Source of the DNA: the human T2T-CHM13v2.0 reference genome, Homo sapiens | DNA: 64,000 bases | NCBI RefSeq assembly: GCF_009914755.1 | Contig: NC_060928.1 | Direction: 5' to 3' (one strand) | Shown here: piece after piece, positions 1 through 13,896 of the stretch | Layout: each line of letters begins with the position of its first letter | Numbering within the stretch: the first letter of the stretch is position 1 | The notes under the pieces: generated by a model | Database searches by the model: none | Seen by the model: the letters and a program-made list of their open reading frames with translations, nothing else | What the model was told of the DNA's origin: nothing | Program-made: the position numbers and the translations under genes

Positions 1-1222
1 TTTCTCTTGCTTGTGTGCTTGTGATCTCATCACAGCCATGCTTGTTTTGAGGGAATTTCTGGCTGCCTTTGCTCATTTGTACGGTCTTAGATCTGATGAC
101 CTTTACATTTATGACCTAGTAAATTATCTTCCTCAGCTTTGGAACAAAAAGAGATGGGCCAGTAGTTTTAATCACAAAGGAACCTGGCAATGACCCTGCT
201 AATAGAATACAGATTCTACAATACGTGCTGCAGCTAGTCACCCTTACATTTACTTACATGTTGTTTTACCTTAAAATATTACCGACCTAAGAAATATGAC
301 TTTTAAAGCAGTGTAATGAAAAACAGCTCATATACACATTAAGTCTGAGAATATTCTCATGCATCTTTTTTTGTGGAAGCATGTCTATTAATATTTTTAA
401 TTAAAGATACAGTGCAGCTTTTTCAAATGCATTAAGTGTTTTATGAAAAAACAAGCACGTGGTAGTATTTATGGGAAAGCTACCACTCATGTTTTTTCGG
501 AATGAATGTTTTAGTAGAATATGTATATGACTGTCTAAATATATGTGTATACATACACACACATATGTATATATAAATAATCTTTGAAAATTGCTGAAGT
601 GTGTGAGCATTTCAGGTTTAACTATATTGTTCACCTGAAATAAGTGAATACATGTAAGTGCTGACCCCGTAAAGAGTTAGATATCCCTGATAGGAGGAAT
701 TTCTGACATAGTGTCAACAAGTTCTTGCAGATCCAGATCAAGCCAGCTGCAACTGGGGTAACAGAATCCTTTCACGGTGTTACGAATGGATGATTTTCAG
801 TTAGAGGCTATTAGTTGAGGATTACAGTGCCAGGCAAAATGATGAAGTTCAAGTACTTTGGAGAAAAATTCATCTCTGTGTTGCCATTTACCTTCTAGAC
901 ATTCTGAAACAAATTTGGCCATGAGCTAGAATTTCCTGTAAAATTTTAACAGTTTTAAAGGAGTGTCTTACTGCACAACAAGGAATGCCTTGGCATGAGA
1001 AAACATTTTTGGAAAAGGAAGAATCATGGGAGATTTTTATCAAATAATGAAGAACTAGAAGGGAGGCGGGACATTGTGGTTTGAAAAAATGGCTGGCTTT
1101 GGTAGATTAAAACCTCTGATGTTGCCTTTGGAAAGTTGTTCCAGATGAAATTTTTCCACAGAATACTTAGGTAATAAGTCAATTCTCTGGGTAATTAGGC
1201 TGTGTCTACATACTTACATATA

Positions 1223-2369
1223 CAGTCAGGCATCACCTAACAGCAGAGATACGTTCTGAGAAATGCAGCACCAAGCAATTTTGCCGTTGTGTGGACAGCA
1301 TAGAGTGCACTTATACAGACCTAGACGGCACAGCCTCCTCCACACCTGGGCCATATGGTACAGCCTGTTGCTCCTAGACTATACACCTGCACAGCAGGTG
1401 ACTCTACACTCTAGGCAATTGTAATACAACGGTTTGTATTTGTATATCTAAACGTAGAAAAGATACCGTAAAAATACAGTATAAAAGAAAAAGTTGTACA
1501 TCTGTATGGGGAGCTTACCACGAGTGGAGCTTGCAGGACTGGAAGTGGCTCTGGGTGAGTCAGTGCGTGGGTGGTGTGTGGAGGTGAAGGCCTCAGACAT
1601 GACTACGCACCACTGTGGACTTTATGAATGCTGTACACTTAGGCTGCACTAAATTATAAAACAGTTTCTTTCTTCAATAATAAATTAACCTTAGTTTACT
1701 GCAGCTTGTTAAACTTGATATACTTTTATTTTTAAAAAACCTTTTGATAACACTTAAAACGCTTTTAAGAACACTTAGCTTAAAACACAAATATACTGTA
1801 CAGCTGTACAAAAGTATTTTTTCTTTATATCCTTATTTGATAAGCTTTTGACTGTTTAAAATTTTCTATTTTTATTTTTACTTTTTAAATTATTTGTTTA
1901 AAAACTAAGACACAAACACACACATTAGCCTAGGCCTGCATGGGGTCAGGATCATGAATATCACTGCCTTCCACCTCCAGATCTTGTCCCACTGGGAGGG
2001 CTTCAGGGGCGATAACACGCATGGAGCTGTCAGCTCCCATGACAACAGTGCCTTCTTGGATACCTCCTGAAGGGCCTGCCTGAGGTTGTTTCACAGTTAA
2101 GTTTTTTTGGTAAATCCATAAGCCAGTGACATAGTCATTTATTATTATTATCTAGTGTTATGTACTATATAATAATTGTATGGGCTAGAATTTTATACAA
2201 CTGGGAACACAGTAGGTTTGTTGACACCAACATCACCACAAATACATGAATAATGCTTTGCCTCACGTCACTAGGCAATAGGAAGTTTTCAGCTCTATTA
2301 TAATCTTATGAGACCATCATCATATATGTGGTCCATCTTGACTGAAAGTCCTTATGTGGCATACGACTA
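1223..2369 (-). mobile_element. Tigger3-family (Tigger3b-sized) non-autonomous DNA transposon
   Basis: Starts CAGTCA..GATACGTTCTGAGAAATGC and ends ..TTATAATCTTATGAGACCA..TATGTGGCATACGACTA, matching recalled Tigger3 termini in reverse; TA on both flanks; about 1.15 kb. Confidence 0.85.
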
Positions 2370-2419
2370 TATTTAGTTTGGGAATTTTTGTAGGATTTAA
2401 CAGATATATTTATTTATTT

Positions 2420-3930
2420 ATTTTTAAAAACTATTGAATTTCATTTTAAAAGTGCACATATTCTAAATGTATACAGCTTGATGAATTTTACAATTTTCAC
2501 TGTAGTATCCAGTCCCTACATCAAGAAACATAATATATTACCAGCATCTGAGGATCTCTGCTTGTATTTCTTTTCTCCTCATCCCTGTAGTAGCCACTAT
2601 CTTTATTTCTAAATTATAGATTAATTTTGACTTTGTTACCTTATATGAATTGATTTACAGAAAATGTATTATTTGGTATCTGGATTCTTTCTCTTGACAT
2701 TACGTTTATTAGATCCATCTGTGTTACTATGAGTAGCTTTCTATTGTTAAGTTTCATTGCTGTATGTATTTTATTGTGTGAATATATCACAATTTTTCTA
2801 TTCATTCTTCTATTTCTTGGGTAGTTTTTAGTTTTAATGATTATGAGTAGTGCTACTACAGATATTAGTGTACATGTTTTTTGGTGAATATATCTATGCA
2901 CTTCTGTTGTGTACATCTCTACCTTTAAAAATATATATATCATAGTTATTATAAAAGTATTTGCCAACTCCAATATTGAAATAATCTGTGGGGCTGCATC
3001 AATTGTCTTATTTTTTCTTCTTGATTATCGATCATATTTTCTTGGTTCTCATATGCCTAGTAATTTTTGATTTTATGCTGCATATTGTGAAGAAAATAAT
3101 TACAGAAGTTCCAGATGACTTTATCTTCTGCCGTTGTGCAGGCAGATAGAAATAGAGTAAGAGGATTATAAATTCAATTCAATCACAGATTGAATTGGGT
3201 TGGGACTGGGTTGCAGTGTTAGTAAAATTCAGTCTATATCTTACTTGCTGCTCTTCTTCAAATATGGTCCTCATGGTATTTTGAGTGGAATTTGTTAGTT
3301 GTTCTTCTTTTTAGTCCAAAAAGACTGCAAGAGATCCAGATCTGTACTTTGAAAGTTCCCAGCCCAGCTCTCAGGCCACCTTTTCCATGAAACTTCAAGA
3401 AATGGCAAAAATCTCAAGAGAGACTAATCATGCCCTTGAGGCAGTTCTCTCCCCTGGCATGAGTGTTTCTTAAACACTATGAAACTGCAGGAGATCCATT
3501 CTGCTTCTGAGGACAATAGGCTTAGCTTTACAGCCTCCTGCGCAACCTCAACATTCAACGAACGTCCCAGGAGGTAAAACAGTAGTGTGTTTCTGGCTCC
3601 TCCCTTCCAGTTTTCCAATTTGTCCTCTGGCTCTATACAACTGCTAAATGCTTTGGTGGCTTTTCTTTTCCAAGATAATGATCTCTGATTGGGCCATACC
3701 CTATACTAAGCCTGAGGCTAGAATCAGCAAATACCCTTAGGGAACAAAAATGACTATCAGCAGATCTCCTCACAACAGTTCTTCATCTCTGGAATTTTAG
3801 TTGCTTTACTCTTTGTTGTTTCCATAGCTCTCTGACATCTTTATAAAAATATTATTTAAAAAATTTGTTTTCTGCTTTTGCAGCAGAAGCATTGGCCTCT
3901 CATAACCTACCACATCCTCTCAGAAGTGAA
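2420..3930 (-). mobile_element. Old L1M fragments (3' UTR-like part, then 5'-end-like part)
   Basis: T-rich L1M-type phrases such as GATATTAGTGTACATGTTTTTTGGTGAATATATC; boundaries approximate. Confidence 0.6.
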
Positions 3931-4004
3931 GACCAAGTAAATTAAGTGTTAATGATATGTTGCATTATATAATCCTTTATATTTTAGAAAGTAAATATGA
4001 CATC

Positions 4005-4195
4005 TCAATTTGTATTCTCACAGCAATTCTATGAACTAAGCAAGATGTGAATCAATCCTTCTTGTTTATAAATTAGGAAACTAGGGTCCAAGTAATTAAA
4101 TCTTGTATGAAAGGTCAATCTGCCAAGAGGTAGAGGAAGGCCTTGTGTCATCCAATTTTCTAACGTCCAGTTGGTTATTTGCTGCATACCACACT
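4005..4195 (-). mobile_element. MIR fragment
   Basis: Degenerate MIR core (TCTCACAGCAATTCTATGA..GGAAACTAGGG..). Confidence 0.45.
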
Positions 4196-4370
4196 GCAAT
4201 TTTTTTCAGCTTCTTAATTAACAAATAAAGATTCTATACATTTGTTGTGTACCACATCTACTTTTAACAAATAAATATAGACATAGTAAAAAACACATGG
4301 GCAGATATATACATATCAATCACAGACTTGAGACCAATGATAATTTTATACATCTTGTTTTTGAGTGTGA

Positions 4371-5166
4371 TGAAACAGGAGAGTTCCCTGCCCTCCCCCC
4401 ACCTGCACAGGGTGGATGACAGGGGTGCAGCTCTCTATTCGACCACCATGAGCTCAAACCCCTTGTGGGAGAGGGAGCACACAGACCGCCAGGTGCAGGA
4501 GCCAGGGTGAGCACTTTGGGCTGCAGCCCCGTGGTAGTCTCTAGGGCTGTGTGCTTGTGACCCCAGACCCCAGTGTTACAATGCCCTTTTAGCTCTGTCT
4601 TCCGCAGATGGCTTAAGTGTTAACCAGCTCAGTGCCCCCACTGCCCTTCTGCAAAGGCAGAGGACCTGTGTGATGGCTTTCTATATCCCGAGCTCTTGTC
4701 CAGCATCCCAGAAGAATCAGACCACACATGAACTTGAAGGATGAATGTAGGGGTTTTATTGAGTGGTGGAGGTGGCTCTCAGTGGGATGGATGGGGAGCT
4801 GAAAGGTGGATGGAGTGGGAAGGTGATCTTCCCCTGGAGTTTGGCTGTCCAGCAGCTGAATTCCTCTCTGACTGCCCCCCAGCTGAATTCCTCTTGTCGT
4901 TCAGACATTCCTTCTCTTCTCTTTTTCTCTGCTGCACTGTTCATCTGCTTGCCTCCTCTTCTCCTCCTTTGCTTCTGAAGCCTGGGGTTTGGGGTTTATA
5001 TGGGTACAGGATAGCGGGGCGTGGTGGGCCAACAGACAACTTTTTGGGCACAAAAACAGGAATGCCTATCTCCATTTAGGGCTGTGGGTCTCCAGGCTTG
5101 AGGGTGGGGCCTTTGTCAGAGAACTGCCCTCTTCTACCCAGTATTTCCCTGTCTCTATCCATATCA
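4371..5166 (-). mobile_element. Solo ERV1 LTR, MER50-like
   Basis: TG...CA termini with a perfect 4-bp target-site duplication GTGA (4367-4370 and 5167-5170); reverse strand begins TGATATGGATAGAGACAGGGAAATACTGGGTAGAAGAGGG, as recalled for MER50. Confidence 0.8.
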
Positions 5167-5862
5167 GTGATACCAGTAAAACAACAACAAAAAAACCTGG
5201 AATGCCACATGCATGATGGGGCCTACAGGACACTGAAAGCCATACCTCTGCCCCCAAATATTCACCCTGCTTTACTGTCATGAAGCATGCCTGGAATATC
5301 ATCATTTTAGCCTGTACCTTTGAATTAAGTGGAGTCCTCTTGAGAATCCTTGTCAGAACAAGCAGATATTCCTGTAAAAAACAGGTTCTGTTTTTTATAT
5401 CATGAGAATGAAATTGCTACAGGATGGGAACAACACACCATAAGAAGAGAGCTAGGAGGGTGAAGTGCATAAAGGCAAAATGAGGGATAACATACACATT
5501 TCATCACATTTCAGAATGGAAGCCAAAGTGCAGGTAAACTGCAAACAGCAGGATGCTCAGAGAAGACCAACATGGTAAGGGGTCAGTTAGCCATAAACTT
5601 GTAGATGTCACAGGTAGAAGAAGCCTGACAGGTTGAAAACTTGTCTAATCCAAGGGAGAAAACTGGCAACCTGAGAGCCAGATGGTGTGGCTGTGTGTGT
5701 TTGGGTTCTCAGTGGGATGACTTTTAAGCTGACTGGGAATGTCTTTAGGGGTGCAGGAGCTCCTCAGTTTGACAGTCCCCAGTACTTCCTCTTATCTTTT
5801 GTTCATTGATTTTCCTCTCTGCCTCTTGAAAGCATTTGAGCTTATGGCCCTTGACAAGTTAA

Positions 5863-6033
5863 ATTATTTTATTTTTTATGTTTTTGAGATTGAGGGTCTC
5901 ACTTTGTCACCCAGGCTGGATTGTAATGGTACACTCATAGCTCACTGTAACCTTGTCCTCCTGGCCTCAAGCTATCCTCCCACCTGTCTTCTCTTGAGGA
6001 GCTAGAACCCCAGTTCATGCCACCACGCCCGGT
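5863..6033 (-). mobile_element. Alu right-arm monomer (FRAM or truncated AluJ)
   Basis: T-rich tail then GGGTCTCACTTTGTCACCCAGGCTGG..CCACCACGCCCGG. Confidence 0.85.
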
Positions 6034-6400
6034 TTGTCATTTTATTTTATACATGAGATCCTGAGCCCAGGTGGCATGTCCAGCTTAATGAAACATGCCC
6101 TTCTTGTCATTATTCTCTGGAAGCACCTTCTCAAATTAGTTCACCACCTATTAATAGTTAATTTACCCATGGTTAGTTTACAGCACGGCATGCTCTTTTT
6201 TTATAGGCTTTTCTTTCCACTAGACTGCCTCTTCCTTCCTTCACCCATAAAAGAACAGACATTTTAGCTTCAGTTGATTGATCTAAGGCCAATGGGTAAA
6301 AATGTGAAGCACATTTCAACCTAACTATAATGATTAACTTTCTATAAATTTTGATTGTCCTAAAAAGGAACAAGTGGTTTTGAAATAGTACAAACTCTCA

Positions 6401-6723
6401 CTGGGTGCAGTGGCTTACGCCTCCAGTCCCAGCACTTTAGGAGGTTGACTCAGGAGGATAGCTTGAGCCAAGGAGCTCAAGACCAGCCTGGCCAACATGG
6501 TGAGACCCCATCTCTACAAAAAATACAAAAATTAGTCTGGCATGGTGATGCACACCTGTGCTTTGAGCTACTAGAGAGGCTGAGGTGGGAGGATCACTTG
6601 ACCTCAGGAGGTGGAGGTTTCAGTGAGCTGAGATCACCCACTGCACTCCAGCCTGGGCAACAGAGTGAGATACTGTCTCAAAAACAAAAACAAAACAAAA
6701 CCAACAAAACAAAACAAAAAAAA
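6401..6723 (+). mobile_element. AluJ
   Basis: Dimeric Alu with A-rich (CAAAA)n tail; divergent J-type sequence. Confidence 0.9.
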
Positions 6724-7948
6724 CCACAAGCTCTGACATTGGAAGCGTTCAAGCCAAAGTTAGGAATACTGAAAAGAAAGGGAATTCTTACATTTGGTGA
6801 AAAGTTAACTTTGAGATCTTTACATTTTCTTCCAAGTTCAGAAACATATGTAAATCCTGACCTTTATCTGTAGAGTCTGTAAAATTAGCATTTGTACTGG
6901 TAGCTGTGTTCATATTTATATCGGAATCCATCTGTATTTCCAGAACTATACCTATGTAACTCTAGCTCTGTTTCTGTGTGTACCATGAAACATACTAACT
7001 TGTTTGTGCACTCACATGTTTGTTGAACATAAATGCGTCTAGTATTTATTATGATTAATGTGGTATTTTAAGTGACATTGAGGTTGTAGCAGTAGACCTC
7101 AACACGATTAAGCCACTAATAGCTATGTCCAGTAACATTGTCAGGATTAAAAGACAACACTTTAGAATAAACCAAAAGTTAAAGAAGTTGATGATCCTGT
7201 TAGACATTTTTTATTTATTTAACCTGTGAGTTGGCGAGACATCCTTATAGCATGTTATCTAGGGTTCAGACCTCTGTCCAGGTTCTGCCAGACCTCAGAA
7301 CCCTTGGATTCCAGTTGGTTGTGATAATGTGTGTAAAATATTGTTGACACCTGGACAGAGATTCTAATAATAGAATTGAATTCAAAAGAAACTGTCTTTG
7401 ATTTTGTATATACTTAAATAAGAAACTGTAGAGAGTGGAAACTAAAGCTTTTGTTTTCATGTTCTGTTTTCTTTTTCTTTGTGAAACAGAGAAACAAAAC
7501 ACTTTTTGTTCCTTTGTAGACTCCTCAGCTAATGACATGTTTGGAGATCCATAAGGCTAGACAATATGGCAAGGCTAATTAAATTCTTAGAAACTTTCAT
7601 TTCTTTAAAATAGTGTGCCAACACATAGGGTGGTTTGCAAACTTATGACAATTTGGAAGCAACTACTCACTTGGCTGAAAATTTCAGTAGTTTGTTTTCC
7701 TACAACTGATGTGGCAGATTGGAAGGGAGAAAGGAGGAGTGGAAAGAGGTGGTATCAATCCTCTAGATCGAAGCTCCAGCAAACCAAACATTATGGAATA
7801 TAGTGTAAAATTCTGATTTGTTTACCAGTTCCTATGGGAAACATATCTTATACTCATGTATAGCCTCATGAGACAGCCATTCTGTTTCTAAATAGATGTA
7901 AATATTGGCAAATTTCATTCTAATATCTTGCTACAAGTAGGAACTTTA

Positions 7949-8274
7949 TTATTATTATTATTATTATTATTATTTTCAGGCTGGAGTGCAGTGGCGTGAT
8001 CTCAGCTCACTGCAACTTCTGTCTCCTGGGGTCAGCGATTCTCCTGCCTCAGCCTCCTGAGTAGCTGGGACTATAGGTGTGTGCCACCATGCCTGGCTAA
8101 TTTTTGTATTTATTTTTTGTAGAGTTGGGGGTCTCGCCCTCACCATGTTTGTATTTTTGTAGAGATGAGGTTTCGCTGTGCTGGCCAGGCTGGTCTCGAA
8201 CTCCTGACCTCAAGTGATCCGCCTGCCTTGGCCTCCCAAATAGGCGATTACAGGTGTGAGCCACTGTGCCAGCC
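7949..8274 (-). mobile_element. AluS with (ATT)n tail
   Basis: Reverse Alu; 17-bp TSD TACAAGTAGGAACTTTA (7932-7948 and 8275-8291); internal duplication near the linker. Confidence 0.92.
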
Positions 8275-8329
8275 TACAAGTAGGAACTTTAAATTGTGAT
8301 AAATATTTCTATAAAGTAGGCTTAAGTTG

Positions 8330-8505
8330 GTGTCATATCTAAGAATCCATTACTAAACCTAAGGTCATGAAGATTTACCCTCAGGGTAAGTGTTTTATAG
8401 TTTTAGCTCTTACATTTCAGTTTTGTACATTTTGAGGTAATTTTTATATATGACATGAGGTGAGAGTCCAACTTCATTCTTTTGCATATGGATATCCAGT
8501 TGTGT
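8330..8505 (-). mobile_element. L1M ORF2 fragment
   Basis: CCTAAGGTCATGAAGATTT..TTTATAGTTTTAGCTCTTACATTT..GGATATCCAGTTG. Confidence 0.7.
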
Positions 8506-8753
8506 TTTAATACTTACTATCTTATAGGGGAAGGAAACAAACTTATTGCCTCATAAGAAAGCTCTTTCTAAATAGCTGTAATTATTAGCAAATTTCTAAC
8601 ATTTTGCTACATGTAGACCTTTATATCATAATAAATATTTCTAAGAGGTAGGTTTGAATTATAAGTGTTGGAATTTAAGCTTGTCTTCTATCAGTTGAGA
8701 GTCTTACACATTTTAGGATGTGTAGTAAGTTAATATATTTATTAATAGTTTTT

Positions 8754-8887
8754 GGCCAGGCACAGTGGCTCATGCCTCTAATACCAGCACTTTGGGAGGC
8801 TGAAGTGGGTGGATCGCTTGAGGCCAGGAGTTCAACATCAGCCTGGGTAACACAGCGAGACTCCCATCTCTACAGAAAAAAAAAAAA
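8754..8887 (+). mobile_element. FLAM (Alu left monomer)
   Basis: GGCCAGGCACAGTGGCTCATGCC.., single arm ending in poly(A). Confidence 0.88.
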
Positions 8888-8924
8888 GTTTTTATTAAAG
8901 AGAGGTTGTTGGTGAGGCAAAGTG

Positions 8925-9135
8925 TATTCAGAGAGTATGCATTGACTTTTGTGTTCAAAATCAAACTGCTACTACACAGCTGTGTGACACTAAGGAAGTT
9001 ACTAAAACACTCTGAACCTTGTTTTCTTCTCTATCAGATGAAGACAATAGTATCTATCTCATGTGATGTGTTATGATGATTAATTGTGATAAGGTATGTA
9101 AAACTGCCTGGAAAACAACAAGCTCAATAAATATT
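8925..9135 (+). mobile_element. MIR
   Basis: AGCTGTGTGAC..AAGTTACT..CTCTGAACCT..GCTCAATAAAT. Confidence 0.7.
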
Positions 9136-9140
9136 AATTT

Positions 9141-9432
<292 letters not shown>

Positions 9433-9772
9433 TTAATTTATATTACAATTGGCTCAGCTCCAAGTAAAATTCATTTTTGTGATGTAGATTTTCATATATT
9501 ATTTTTTAGAGCAGCTTTATTGAAGTATACCTTCTATAAGTACACATATTATACTAAATTGTACATATTTAAAATGTACTATTTGATACATTATGATATA
9601 CATATGCACATGTGTATATATATCTATATATATATATAGACTCAAAACACTCTTGACCATATCCATTACCCATGTAAAAAGTTTTTTCTCTTTTTAGTCA
9701 CTCTCCTCCCCCCACGACTTTTAATCCATTGATCCACTTAATCCATTGATTCCACTTTTTGGGGTATTAAAC

Positions 9773-9957
9773 ATTAGCTGAGCGTGGTGGTGTGTGCCTG
9801 TAGTCCTAGCTATTTGGGGGGCTGAGGCCGAAGGATCGCTGAAGCCTAAGAGGTCAAGCTGTAGTGAACTTTGATTGCACCACTGCACTCCAGCCTGGGC
9901 AACAGAGCAAAACCTTGACTCTTAAAAAATAAAAAAATAAAAATAAATAAAAATAAA
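9773..9957 (+). mobile_element. Alu right arm (5'-truncated AluJ or FRAM) inside L1M
   Basis: ATTAGCTGAGCGTGGTGG..CACTCCAGCCTGGGCAACAGAGC plus A-rich tail. Confidence 0.85.
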
Positions 9958-10245
9958 GGTGCCATGAACATGTACAAGTCTCTGTAAGAACATACGCTTT
10001 TTTTCTCTTGGGTAAATATCTAGGAGAGGAGTGGCTGGATCATATAGCATACATATGTTTAACTTTTTAAGAAACTGTAAAAATGTTTTCCAAAGGAGTT
10101 GTACCGTTTTGCATTTCCAGCAGTCATGTATGAGTTTTAGTTTTTCTGCATATTCACCATCATTTAGTATGGTCAGTGTTTTAAATTTTATCAGTTTAAG
10201 TAAGTGTATAGCAGTGTCTCACTGTGTTTAATTGTACTTTGCTAA

Positions 10246-10580
<335 letters not shown>

Positions 10581-12499
10581 TAAAAATGTTAAGTTTTTAT
10601 TCTTGTGCTTATTTGTCATTTGTGCATCTTCTTTGGTGAAATATCTGTTGAAACTTTTTGGCCAATTTGTTACTGTTTGCTTTCTTACTGTTTTTTGAGA
10701 ATTCTTTATACATTCTGGATGCAAGTCTTTATCAGTTATATACTTTACAAGTATTTTCTTCTAGTTTATAGCTTGTCTTTATTTTCTTACTGGTATCGTT
10801 CAAAGAGTAAGAGTTTTAAATTTTGACATGGTCACATTAATCAGCTTGTGGTTTTTATTGTGTTTTGTGTAAGCAATTTTTGCTTAGTCTAAGGTCACAG
10901 AGATTTTCTCTTAGGTTTTTACAGAAGTTTTATAGTTTCAGGCTTTACACTTAGGTCTACAATCCATTTTGAGCTAACTTTTTTATATGGTGCAATGTAT
11001 TGATTTAAGTTTATTTTGATGAATATAAATATCTCAGTTGTTCCAGCCTCATTTATTTGAAAAAACCAGTCTTTCTCCACTCAATTGCCTTTGCACCTTT
11101 CTCAAAAATTAGTTGTCTATATAGGGGTCTATTTTTGCATCTTATTCTTTTCATTGATCTATTTGTCTATCTTGATGCCAATAGCACACTGCCTTGGTAT
11201 TGTAACTTCTAAGAAGTTTTGAAAATAGGTAGTGTAAATCTTCCAAGTTTGTTTTTCATTTTCAAACTCGTTTTGATTACTGTAGGTCCTTTGAATTTTT
11301 ATATAAACTTTTGCATCATCTTGTAAATTTCTGCAAAAGAGTCTACTGGGATTTTTCCTCAGATGTTGAATCTATAGTTTTATTTGGGGAGAATTCAAAT
11401 CATAATAGTATTGAGTTCTTTGACCCATAAAACAGCACATCTCTCCTTTTATTTCTTTAATTTCTTTCAGTAGTATTTTGTAGTTTGCAGTACACAGGTA
11501 TTTATCCCAAAGTAGTTCATAGTTTTGAGGTTATTGTTAGTAGTATTGTTTGTTAAATTTCAGTTTCTAATTATTCATCATGAGTATATAGAAATACAGT
11601 TGATTATCATATATTAATCTTGTATCATGCAACCTTACTATCATCATTTATTAGTTCCAGTAGCTTTTTTGTAGATTCCATTGAATTTCCATGTAGACAG
11701 TTTTGTCATCTGTGAATAAAGACAGTTTTACTTCTTTCTTTCCTGTCTGGAATTGAAAAAAAAATTTTAGTTTTTTGGTTTTTTGTTTTTGTTTTTGTTT
11801 TTTCATTATTGCACTGGCTAGAACCTGTAGGACAAGGTTAAACAGAAATGGTGAGAGCAGATGACTTTGGTATAGTTTTCTCCATGTTTCTTAAACTTGG
11901 TTTTTGTTGAGCTTCTCAAATCTGCTTATAACTCAATCAAATTTGGAAATATTTTGGCCATTAGTTCTTCATTTTTTTTTTTTGTTTTGTTTCCCTTTCT
12001 CTCTCCTCTCCTTCAAGGACTCAAGGAAACATATATCAGGCCTTTTGATATGGTGCCACAGTCCTTTAATGCTTTTTCACTTACTTATTATTATTATTTT
12101 GATTTTATTTTCAGGAATTTATGCTTCTCTGTCTTCAAGTTCATGAATATTTTCTTCTGCAATGCCTAGTCTTTTTAAAATTCTATTTAGTGAATTTTTA
12201 AAAAATCCTTCCCTTATTGGGGCAACACCCTTCTGAGAGTAAGCTACCCAATGCCTCGGGTTTATAATGTTTTCTGATATGGCTCATAGAAACAGGAAGT
12301 ATTTCTGCTTCTGTGACAGGGCTTGGCACTGTTTCCTCTAGCCTTCTAATGTTTATTCCTCTGGTCTTGGGTAGTTTGATCATTGAGTATTATTCTGCTG
12401 AATTCTCCAGCGATGGGCTTTACGGATTTCAGTAATTCTCTCTGGGCAGCACTTGGGCATCCTGTGAAGGATTCACCTTGTGGATGATACACACTTTAT

Positions 12500-12710
12500 A
12501 AACCACCTTTTCTGTGAAGGGCCAGATGGCAGATATTTTAAGCTGTGCAGGCCATATGGTCTCTGTTGCAACTATTCAACTCTGCCATTATAGCCTGAAA
12601 GCACTTGCACTATGTACATGAATGGACATGGCTATGTTCCAATAAAACTTTATACAGTAAAACAGGTGGTATGCAAGATTTGGCCTGTGGGCCTTAGTCC
12701 ATTGATGACT
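12500..12710 (+). mobile_element. MER58A (hAT) relic
   Basis: TTTTCTGTGAAGGGCCAGAT..GGCTATGTTCCAATAAAACTTTAT..GATTTGGCCTGTGGGCC. Confidence 0.8.
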
Positions 12711-13896
12711 GTGACTATAACTGTGCCTGTGTATTTGTGTCTGTGGGTGGCTGGGTGGGTGTACATGTTTTGTATTAATAGTTCCTATGTCCTAAATGGG
12801 ATGTGAGACAGCCTTATTCCAAATTCAAAGCAGAAAAAAGAGCCTATAGTTATTGAAACTTTTCAGATTGGCGTACACTGACACTTGCTTTCATTATTTT
12901 TGCTCCTGTTTTTGAAATGCTAAGTAGTGAATCGTTTAATGCTGACATTTAAGCTAATTGCTCTTTAATGTACATTTGACATATGAAGCAACATATTGCA
13001 ATCTAAAAATAATTAAGATAAATCATTTGCTTATATTGCTGTGGCAAAGTCAAACCATTTTTCATCTCTCTCCCTCTTTCCTAGTGTTTAAAGCAGGGTG
13101 TCTTGAAGTCAAAATGGAAATTGGTACTTGCCGCCCCCGCTTTGTGGGGGCCATGGATGGAGGGGCTGCAGCAGCTCATGGGATGCTCTCTCTGTCATCA
13201 GGCAGCCTCCCGATGGGCTGCCTTCCAGGCTCTGTGCTTCTGAATTCCTCTGCAGCGGTTGGCAGGCAGCCAGTGTGCCATGAAGGATTAGATTCTGTCT
13301 CTCTTCCTTTTATACACACCCCAAGAGGATTTCCTTCTTCAACTTTTAAAAGACTGGCTCCAACCAGCAAATCCAACAAGTGGGCCCATTTGTGAATTGA
13401 GTATCTTGGGAATTATGCTATACAAATAGGTCACAGTTGAATAACCAGTATGTGCAAATTGATTTTTCTCTTTGGGTGGGGGAAAAACCCTCCTAGTTCT
13501 CTCTAGGGAAGATTGTATCACCATATAACAACTGTCACAAGGGCACAAAAATACATTTTTGAGTATGAATGAGTCATCTGTTTCTCTGGGTGCTTCATTT
13601 TTAGTTATAAAGTGCGTTGATCATATTTCAAAAGCCTGCTGTATGTTCTTTAAAGTTAGACCCTTTTCTCCATTTGTGCTGAGCAAGTAAAGATTTCCAG
13701 CTTTATTCAGTGTGATTATATATTATGAAACCAAAAGGCTATCAGTTATTCCTATACAAAGGCAGTTTGTTCATTTTTGGTAAATACAGATTTGGGCATG
13801 TGCCATTTTCCTATATTGTAATTTTTCATGAAAAGAAGTAAAATTTATGAACAGATTTGTCACATTGAGTTGAATTTACTTAACACATGTATAAAA

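Noticed and set aside
892-935. Minus-strand 44-nt exon with ATG (MAKFVSECLE) and donor AAG|GTAAAT
   Set aside because: Weak pyrimidine tract, unrecognised peptide and no partner exon found; compatible with chance.
6445-6873. 142-aa ORF and other Alu-overlapping ORFs
   Set aside because: Alu-derived translations.
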